A DNA stretch of 54,194 nt from an uncultured bacterium. GTDB lineage: Bacteria; Bacillota; Clostridia; Oscillospirales; Acutalibacteraceae. Shown one piece after another: positions 47,609-54,194 of the stretch; positions within the stretch are counted from its first letter, which is position 1; each line of letters starts with the position of its first letter. The notes under the pieces were generated by a model, which was not told the origin of the DNA, did not search any database, and saw only the letters and a list, made by a program, of their open reading frames with translations. Location of the stretch: the NCBI GenBank assembly GCA_905215105.1, contig CAJMOI010000001.1, positions 1-54,194 of the forward strand. Reading direction: 5' to 3'. Both the position numbers and the translations under genes were made by a program.

Positions 47609-47909
47609 GGTAGCAGTTTTGGGAGACCGGGACAGCATTTACGGATTTGCTGCTCTGGGCCTTGAGATTTACCCGGTAGAGGATGCGGTGGACGGCGCTC
47701 ATACCCTTCGTCGGTTGGCAGAAGGGGAGTACGCGGTGGTGTATATTACCGAAGCCCTTGCCGGACAGATAGAGGAAGAGCTGGACAAGTGGCGCAGCCG
47801 CCCGCTTCCTGCTATTATCCCCATTCCCGGGGTTTCGGGGAACACGGGCCTTGGAATGCGGATGGTGAAAAAATCCGTAGAGCAGGCAGTGGGCTCCGAT
47901 ATTATTTAA
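47601..47909 (+). CDS. V-type ATP synthase subunit F
   Basis: 102 aa with the N-terminus MYKVAVLGDRDSIYGFAALG. Confidence 0.88.
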   Translation: MYKVAVLGDRDSIYGFAALGLEIYPVEDAVDGAHTLRRLAEGEYAVVYITEALAGQIEEELDKWRSRPLPAIIPIPGVSGNTGLGMRMVKKSVEQAVGSDII

Positions 47910-47967
47910 CAGATTCAAAGCGGTTTTGTGTCCCTCCGGGCATAAAACCCGGAAAGGATAGAGGACT

Positions 47968-49737
47968 ATGAGCAAAGGTGTTATCCGAAAGGTCGCCGGG
48001 CCTTTGGTCATCGCCGAAGGAATGCGCGACGCCAACATGTTCGACGTGGTGCGCGTCAGCGAGCAGCGACTGATCGGCGAAATCATCGAGATTCACGGGG
48101 GCGACGCCTCCATTCAGGTATATGAGGAAACCTCCGGCCTTGGCCCCGGCGAACCGGTGGAGTCTACCGGCGAACCTCTGAGCGTGGAGCTTGGCCCCGG
48201 TCTGATCAGCAGTATCTATGACGGTATCCAGCGTCCTCTGGATGCCATTATGGCCGTTTCCGGCAACAGCCTCCAGCGAGGCGTGGAAGTGCCCTCTTTG
48301 AAGCGGGATGTTTTGTGGCACTTTGTTCCCACCGCAAAATCCGGTGATTCCGTCACCGGCGGCGATGTGCTGGGTACTGTGCAGGAAACGGAAGTAGTAC
48401 TCCACAAAATCATGGTGCCCCCTGGAATCGTGGGTAAGGTGAAGTCCATCACCGAGGGCGACTATCACGTTACCGACACCGTGGCAATTGTAGAGGACGA
48501 AAACGGCGCGGAAATTTCCGTCACGCTGATGCAGAAATGGCCTGTGCGCCGTGGCCGTCCCTATCAGAAAAAACTTTCTCCCGACCGTCCCCTGATTACC
48601 GGACAGCGGGTCATTGATACCCTGTTCCCCATTGCCAAGGGAGGCGTGGCGGCAGTGCCCGGCCCCTTCGGCAGCGGCAAAACCGTGGTACAGCATCAGT
48701 TGGCCAAGTGGGCGGATGCGGACATTGTGGTGTATATCGGCTGCGGCGAACGGGGTAACGAGATGACCGACGTTTTAAACGAGTTCCCCGAGCTGGTAGA
48801 CCCCAAAACCGGGTATTCTCTCATGAAGCGCACCGTTCTCATCGCCAATACCTCCGATATGCCCGTGGCGGCTCGTGAAGCTTCCATTTATACCGGCATC
48901 ACCATTGCCGAATACTTCCGAGACATGGGTTACTCCGTGGCATTGATGGCCGACTCCACCTCCCGCTGGGCCGAGGCGCTCCGCGAAATGTCCGGCCGAC
49001 TGGAAGAAATGCCCGGTGAAGAAGGTTATCCGGCTTATCTGGGAAGCCGTCTGGCACAGTTCTATGAAAGAGCCGGGCGCGTCACCGCTTTGGGCCACGA
49101 AGACCGTGAAGGCGCCTTATCGGTTATTGGTGCGGTTTCCCCTCCCGGCGGCGATATTTCCGAGCCTGTGTCTCAGGCTACTTTGCGTATCGTCAAGGTG
49201 TTCTGGAGTTTGGATTCCGCTCTTGCTTATAAGCGTCATTTCCCCGCCGTGAACTGGCTGACCAGCTATTCCCTGTATGTGGACACCATGGTGGACTGGT
49301 TCAATCAGACTGCTGGTGGCGACTGGATGGAGCTGCGCTCCCGCCTGATGCGGCTGTTGCAGGAAGAAGCCGAACTGGAAGAAATCGTGAAGCTGGTGGG
49401 CATGGACGCCCTTTCCGCCCCCGACCGGTTAAAGCTGGAAGCGGCCCGCTCCATCCGCGAGGACTTCCTCCATCAGGATGCCTTCCACGAGGTGGACACC
49501 TACACGCCTTTGATGAAACAGCGGCTCATGATGCTGCTGGTGCTGGGCTTCTATGACCGGTGCGTCAAGGCGTTGGAACAGGGTGCTTCCATTGATGAGC
49601 TGGTAAAATTGCCGATCCGTGAGCGGATTGGACGCTTTAAATATACCCACGACGAGGCAGTCGAGGATGAGTTTGCCCAGATTGCCGCGGAAATTGACGC
49701 GGAGATCACCGCCGCCCAGCAAAAGGAGGAATTCTGA
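47968..49737 (+). CDS. ntpA: V-type ATP synthase catalytic subunit A
   Basis: 589 aa with the Walker A motif GPFGSGKTV and the non-homologous insert typical of A subunits. Confidence 0.97.
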   Translation: MSKGVIRKVAGPLVIAEGMRDANMFDVVRVSEQRLIGEIIEIHGGDASIQVYEETSGLGPGEPVESTGEPLSVELGPGLISSIYDGIQRPLDAIMAVSGNSLQRGVEVPSLKRDVLWHFVPTAKSGDSVTGGDVLGTVQETEVVLHKIMVPPGIVGKVKSITEGDYHVTDTVAIVEDENGAEISVTLMQKWPVRRGRPYQKKLSPDRPLITGQRVIDTLFPIAKGGVAAVPGPFGSGKTVVQHQLAKWADADIVVYIGCGERGNEMTDVLNEFPELVDPKTGYSLMKRTVLIANTSDMPVAAREASIYTGITIAEYFRDMGYSVALMADSTSRWAEALREMSGRLEEMPGEEGYPAYLGSRLAQFYERAGRVTALGHEDREGALSVIGAVSPPGGDISEPVSQATLRIVKVFWSLDSALAYKRHFPAVNWLTSYSLYVDTMVDWFNQTAGGDWMELRSRLMRLLQEEAELEEIVKLVGMDALSAPDRLKLEAARSIREDFLHQDAFHEVDTYTPLMKQRLMMLLVLGFYDRCVKALEQGASIDELVKLPIRERIGRFKYTHDEAVEDEFAQIAAEIDAEITAAQQKEEF

Positions 49738-51116
49738 TGCCAAAGGAATATCGCACCATACAGGAAGTGGCCGGCCCTCTGATGCTGGTAAAGGGTGTAG
49801 AAAACGTCACCTATAACGAACTGGGAGAAATCGAGCTGCAAAACGGCGAGCGCCGCCGGTGCAAGGTGCTGGAAATCGACGGCGGTAATGCGCTGGTGCA
49901 GCTGTTTGAAAGCTCCACCGGTATCAACCTGAGCAACAGCCGGGTGCGCTTTTTGGGCCGCACCATGGAGTTGGGCGTTTCGGAAGATATGCTGGGCCGG
50001 GTGTTTGACGGCCTGGGTCAGCCCATCGACGGCGGCCCGGAGATTCTGCCCGAGCGCCGGGACGACATCAACGGCCTGCCCATGAACCCCGCCGCCCGGA
50101 ACTACCCGCAGGAATTCATTCAGACCGGTGTTTCTGCCATTGACGGTCTAAACACACTGGTTCGCGGCCAAAAGCTGCCCATCTTTTCGGCCAGCGGTCT
50201 GCCCCATGCCAATCTGGCGGCACAGATTGCACGTCAGGCCAAGGTGCGGGGCACCAAAGATCCCTTTGTGGTGGTGTTCGCCGCCATGGGTATTACCTTT
50301 GAGGAATCCAACTTCTTTATTGAAGATTTTAAGCGCACCGGAGCCATCGACCGCACGGTGCTGTTTATCAACTTAGCCAACGACCCGGCTATTGAGCGTA
50401 TCGCAACCCCTCGTATGGCTCTGACCGCCGCCGAGTATCTGGCCTTTGAAAAAAATATGCACGTGCTGGTCATTCTCACCGATATTACCAACTACGCCGA
50501 TGCTTTGCGTGAAGTCTCCGCCGCCCGGAAGGAGGTTCCCGGTCGCCGCGGTTATCCCGGTTATATGTATACCGACCTTGCTTCTCTCTATGAGCGTGCC
50601 GGACGGCAGAAGGGCAAAAACGGCAGTATCACTCTGATTCCCATTCTCACCATGCCTGAGGACGATAAGACCCACCCCATCCCCGACCTGACCGGCTATA
50701 TCACCGAGGGACAGATTATTCTGAGCCGTGAGCTGTACCGCAAAGGTGTCACGCCGCCTATTGATGTGCTGCCCTCTTTGTCCCGTTTGAAGGATAAGGG
50801 TATCGGCGAGGGCAAGACCCGTGCTGACCACGCCAACACCATGAACCAGCTGTTTGCCGCCTATGCAAGAGGTAAGGATGCAAAAGAGCTGATGGTGATT
50901 CTGGGCGAAGCGGCATTGACGGACATCGACAAGCTGTACGCCAAGTTTGCCGACGCTTTTGAAAATGAGTATGTTTCCCAAGGCTACAACACCAACCGGG
51001 ACATTGAGGAAACGTTGTCCATTGGCTGGAAGCTGCTGTCGATTTTGCCCAGAAGCGAGCTCAAGCGCATCAAGGACGAATTCCTTGACAAGTATTATAC
51101 CGGCGAAACGGTGTAA
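49737..51116 (+). CDS. ntpB: V-type ATP synthase subunit B
   Basis: 459 aa of the non-catalytic B type. Its ATG overlaps the subunit A stop. Confidence 0.97.
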   Translation: MPKEYRTIQEVAGPLMLVKGVENVTYNELGEIELQNGERRRCKVLEIDGGNALVQLFESSTGINLSNSRVRFLGRTMELGVSEDMLGRVFDGLGQPIDGGPEILPERRDDINGLPMNPAARNYPQEFIQTGVSAIDGLNTLVRGQKLPIFSASGLPHANLAAQIARQAKVRGTKDPFVVVFAAMGITFEESNFFIEDFKRTGAIDRTVLFINLANDPAIERIATPRMALTAAEYLAFEKNMHVLVILTDITNYADALREVSAARKEVPGRRGYPGYMYTDLASLYERAGRQKGKNGSITLIPILTMPEDDKTHPIPDLTGYITEGQIILSRELYRKGVTPPIDVLPSLSRLKDKGIGEGKTRADHANTMNQLFAAYARGKDAKELMVILGEAALTDIDKLYAKFADAFENEYVSQGYNTNRDIEETLSIGWKLLSILPRSELKRIKDEFLDKYYTGETV

Positions 51117-51134
51117 GGGAAGGGGTGACGGCTT

Positions 51135-51791
51135 TTGGCAACGACCCATGTAAACCCCACCCGCATGGAACTGACCCGGCTGAAGAAAAAGCTGGTCACC
51201 GCCCTGCGCGGGCACAAGCTGCTCAAGGATAAGCGGGATGAACTCATGCGGCAGTTCCTTGATCTGGTGCGGGAAAATAAAGCCCTGCGGCAAAAGGTGG
51301 AAGCGGCGCTGGAAAGCTCCAACCGGCGGTTTATGCTGGCCCGAGCGGCCATGCAGGACGAGGCGCTGAATACTGCCCTGCTGGCCCCAAAGCAGGAGGT
51401 CTTTCTGGACTGTGACACGCGAAACGTGATGAGCGTGGAAATTCCCCAGTTCACCTATAAGACCCGCACGCCCAATCAGGGGGATATTTTCTCCTATGGC
51501 TTTGCCTTTACCTCCGGCGAACTGGATGAGGCGGTGGAGTCCCTCTCGGGGATTTTGCCTGACCTTCTGCGGCTGGCGGAAACCGAGAAATCCTGCCAGC
51601 TGATGGCGGCGGAAATTGAAAAGACTCGCCGGCGTGTGAATGCGCTGGAGCACGTGATGATTCCCGAACTACAGGAAAACATCAAGTATATCACCATGAA
51701 GCTGGATGAAAACGAGCGCAGCACCCAGATCCGGCTGATGAAGGTGAAGGACATGATGCTCAAGCAGGCCCACGGGTATCCAGATTTGTAA
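51135..51791 (+). CDS. ntpD: V-type ATP synthase subunit D
   Basis: TTG start. The motif is NPTRMELTRLKKKL...GHKLLKDKRDEL. Confidence 0.93.
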   Translation: MATTHVNPTRMELTRLKKKLVTALRGHKLLKDKRDELMRQFLDLVRENKALRQKVEAALESSNRRFMLARAAMQDEALNTALLAPKQEVFLDCDTRNVMSVEIPQFTYKTRTPNQGDIFSYGFAFTSGELDEAVESLSGILPDLLRLAETEKSCQLMAAEIEKTRRRVNALEHVMIPELQENIKYITMKLDENERSTQIRLMKVKDMMLKQAHGYPDL

Positions 51792-51810
51792 ATGAATTGG
51801 AAATGAAAAA

Positions 51811-51858
51811 ACAGCGGACAATCCCCAAATGGGTTGTCCGCTGTTTTGCATTTTTTTC
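51811..51858 (+). terminator. V-ATPase operon terminator
   Basis: ACAGCGGACAA (51811-51821) pairs with TTGTCCGCTGT (51834-51844), followed by TTTTGCATTTTTTT. Confidence 0.85.
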
Positions 51859-51889
51859 GGGAAAATCCTGCAAAATCCCGTCCCGGTGA

Positions 51890-51918
51890 TTGACACAATC
51901 CGACAGGCGGGATACAAT
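51890..51918 (+). promoter_or_regulatory. promoter of the DUF815 ATPase gene
   Basis: TTGACA (51890-51895), 17-nt spacer, TACAAT (51913-51918). Confidence 0.65.
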
Positions 51919-51971
51919 AAAACAGACCGGAGCAGGACTTTGGCCATTCCATATAAAGGAGTTCGATCATC

Positions 51972-53243
51972 ATGATGCACACCATACAGGAAGCCGCTAT
52001 GGGCATGGCTTCTCTCTCCATATATAAGGGGATTCTGGACCGCACGGTCCCCGGCGCTTTTTACCGTTTGCTGAAAGCGGGATGTAAATGCGCCGCTTCC
52101 GGAAAGGAAAAACACCGGCTGGCCTTTTTGGAAGCCTGGGGCAGCTTTTTTGCAGTTCTCTGTCGGCGGGGTTTCAGCGACAGCTTTGCCCGATGCCTGA
52201 CCCAGACAGCCCTTTTTGATCAGAATGCATTTTCTCTGGCTGCTGCCGGCGCACAGGAAACCATGGAGGAATCCATGAAACAGGGCATTCTGCGGGATAT
52301 TTCCGTGATTTCCCAACTGGCCCAGATTACACCGGAATTCCTGCTGGAACAGTGCGGAATGGCTGATTCCGGTCTGTCGCTGCCTTTCTGGAAAACCGGC
52401 GAGCCGGTGGAGCTGTTTCAGGGAGAGCCGGAAAGCTGTCTCCATAACCTGTGGGAATACTACCGCTGCAACGGCTGCGGCATGTACGCCCGGTACAGGG
52501 CTTTTATCTGGCGGGATAAGAAAATTTTGCCGGTGGCCCATCCCGACCCCCAGCGTCTGTGTGAGCTGAAAGGCTATGACGCGCCCAGAGCCATGGCGGT
52601 GGACAATACGGTGGCGTTCCTGAAAGGCCTGCCCGCCAATAACTGTCTGCTTTACGGCGACCGGGGTACCGGCAAATCCTCCACGGTGAAGGCGCTGCTC
52701 AATGAATACTATACTCAGGGCCTGCGGGTGATTGAAATGCCCAAGGAATACCTGATGGATTTCCCCTATCTGGTGGATCAGATTGCTTCCATCCCCATGA
52801 AATTCATCATCTTTATTGATGACCTGTCTTTCTCCCAGCAGGACGGCACTTATGCAGCTTTGAAATCGGTGTTGCAGGGTGGTTTGGCCGCCAAGCCTGC
52901 CAATTCCCTGATTTACGCCACCTCTAACCGGCGTCACCTGCTGCGGGAAAATTTTGCAGACCGGAACGGCGACGACCTGCACCGGAACGATACCATTCAG
53001 GAAAGCCTGTCTCTGGCCGACCGCTTTGGACTGACCATCAACTTCATGCTGCCGGACAAGGCCCGTTTTCTGGAAATTGTGGCCCAGCTGGCCCGTCAGC
53101 GGAATATCGAAGAGTACCTGCCCCAGCTGGAACTGGGTGCGGAACAGTGGGCCATGGTACACGGCGGACGTTCTCCCCGTGCGGCACAGCAGTATATTTC
53201 TTTTGCCGAAGCCGCCATCCGACAGGGAAAGCCGCTGGCCTGA
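51972..53243 (+). CDS. DUF815-family AAA-type ATP-binding protein
   Basis: The Walker A motif is GDRGTGKSS, the Walker B motif is IIFIDDLSF, and ATSNRRHL is present. The N-terminal region of about 200 aa is uncharacterized. Confidence 0.8.
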   Translation: MMHTIQEAAMGMASLSIYKGILDRTVPGAFYRLLKAGCKCAASGKEKHRLAFLEAWGSFFAVLCRRGFSDSFARCLTQTALFDQNAFSLAAAGAQETMEESMKQGILRDISVISQLAQITPEFLLEQCGMADSGLSLPFWKTGEPVELFQGEPESCLHNLWEYYRCNGCGMYARYRAFIWRDKKILPVAHPDPQRLCELKGYDAPRAMAVDNTVAFLKGLPANNCLLYGDRGTGKSSTVKALLNEYYTQGLRVIEMPKEYLMDFPYLVDQIASIPMKFIIFIDDLSFSQQDGTYAALKSVLQGGLAAKPANSLIYATSNRRHLLRENFADRNGDDLHRNDTIQESLSLADRFGLTINFMLPDKARFLEIVAQLARQRNIEEYLPQLELGAEQWAMVHGGRSPRAAQQYISFAEAAIRQGKPLA

Positions 53244-53514
53244 TTTTTCCGGGTTTTGGAAAGAAAAAGCCAGATTTTTCGATTCTTTCCGAAAAAAATC
53301 CGACCGTTTCCGACGAATTTACGTTTCGTTTATGGGATTTTCAAAAAAATTATGGTATACTGTGCAGGATAGAGCCCTGAAAGGCGTTTTATCACACTTT
53401 TTCGAATGCAGGGATGACACCGACTGGCGGATGGACCACCGTCAGGAATCCATGACAGGTGTTGTCCAATCCTTTATGATTTCAAAAATAATGAGTAAGA
53501 AAGGAGCAATCAAC

Positions 53515-54194
53515 ATGAAAAAGCGCATTCTGGCAGCCTTTCTCAGCCTGTGCATGACTGCGGCGGCGCTTACCGGCTGCGGACAGCCTGCTGATATTGA
53601 GTCCGGCGCAGCCGAACAGGATTTTCCCGTTTCTGTGGAAGATGTAACCATTCAGTCTCAGCCCGAAGGAGTTGCCGTGCTTTCTTCCAACATTGCAGAT
53701 GTGATTCTGGCTCTTGGCTATGAAGGCACCTTGAAAGCCCGCAGTGCGGACTGCACCCAGCCGGATCTGGCGGTTCTTCCGGAAGTGACGGTGGATGATG
53801 GAGAAAAAATGAAGGAACTGGGGGTTACCCTCCTGTTTTCCGATATGGACCTGACGCTGGCTCAGTGCAATGAACTGGAAAAACAGGGAATCACCGTGCT
53901 GGCTTTGTCCCCGGCTTCCAGCCGTGCTGAGTTTACCACTCTGTATACACAGGTAGCTTCCGCTATGGCTGGCGGGAATACCGGCTATGAAAAGGGCGAA
54001 AAAACCGCCCAGAATATCTTTACCACTCTGGATGATATCACCCGCATTATTCCCGATTCCGACACGCCCGCCACGGCTGTATACATGACCGATCTGGAAG
54101 GCTCTGCTGCTACCGGCGACACCTTTGGTGAGGTGCTGCTGTCTGCTGCCGGATTCATCAATGGTCTGAAAGGCGAAACCGGCGGAAAGGTGGA
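53515..54194 (+). CDS. ABC transporter substrate-binding lipoprotein (siderophore/cobalamin-type binding fold), 3'-truncated by the window end
   Basis: The ATG at 53515 has an AAAGGAG SD. The signal peptide has the lipobox LTGC. The ORF is absent from the ORF track because no stop codon is reached. Confidence 0.65.
   Translation, partial: MKKRILAAFLSLCMTAAALTGCGQPADIESGAAEQDFPVSVEDVTIQSQPEGVAVLSSNIADVILALGYEGTLKARSADCTQPDLAVLPEVTVDDGEKMKELGVTLLFSDMDLTLAQCNELEKQGITVLALSPASSRAEFTTLYTQVASAMAGGNTGYEKGEKTAQNIFTTLDDITRIIPDSDTPATAVYMTDLEGSAATGDTFGEVLLSAAGFINGLKGETGGKV

Noticed and set aside
53244-53514. Possible cobalamin or other riboswitch upstream of the siderophore/B12-type binding lipoprotein.
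   Set aside because: I could find no B12-box (GCCACTG-like) or other recognisable riboswitch core. There is only a possible extended -10 promoter (TGgTATACT near 53358-53366) and weak hairpins.
53442-53651. 69-aa minus-strand ORF.
   Set aside because: It is antisense to the well-signalled lipoprotein gene start (SD, signal peptide, lipobox) and has no RBS.

Overview
This window is the chromosomal replication-origin region of a GC-rich Firmicutes/Clostridia-type bacterium (the taxon is inference only). Left of about 16.5 kb every gene is on the minus strand: rpmH-rnpA-yidD-yidC-jag-mnmE-mnmG-rsmG-noc-soj-spo0J-serS, an acyl-ACP thioesterase, guaB and a tRNA-Met/Glu/Val operon. From 16.75 to 33 kb every gene is on the plus strand: dnaA-dnaN-yaaA-recF-remB-gyrB, two YcxB-like genes, gyrA, a surface C39-like peptidase and a 3-gene CDP-polyol/LicD cassette. 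This is the pattern expected around oriC. A bipartite oriC candidate flanks dnaA, and there are three strong parS sites and one degenerate one. A 12.7-kb block at 33.1-45.8 kb is oriented head-on to replication: cysS, cysE with a Cys T-box, pgsA, rimO, recX, recA, prmC, DUF1385, a two-component system and a lipoprotein. After it come a V-type ATPase operon (E-C-F-A-B-D only), a DUF815 ATPase and a truncated ABC substrate-binding lipoprotein. I found no rRNA, CRISPR array, transposase or integrase. Points worth a second look:
- an AT-rich orphan islet next to the tRNA operon, with a phased iteron-like repeat array upstream of a consensus promoter
- an apparent frameshift in mnmG
- a decayed tandem copy of rnpA
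- a GTAGGGGCG-type REP-like palindrome family, including a 112-bp near-identical duplication
- a LicD protein fused to what looks like a catalytically dead paralog of the neighbouring SDR
- a V-ATPase operon without its membrane subunits
All coordinates come from manual reading plus the ORF track. No database searches or numerical computations were run.
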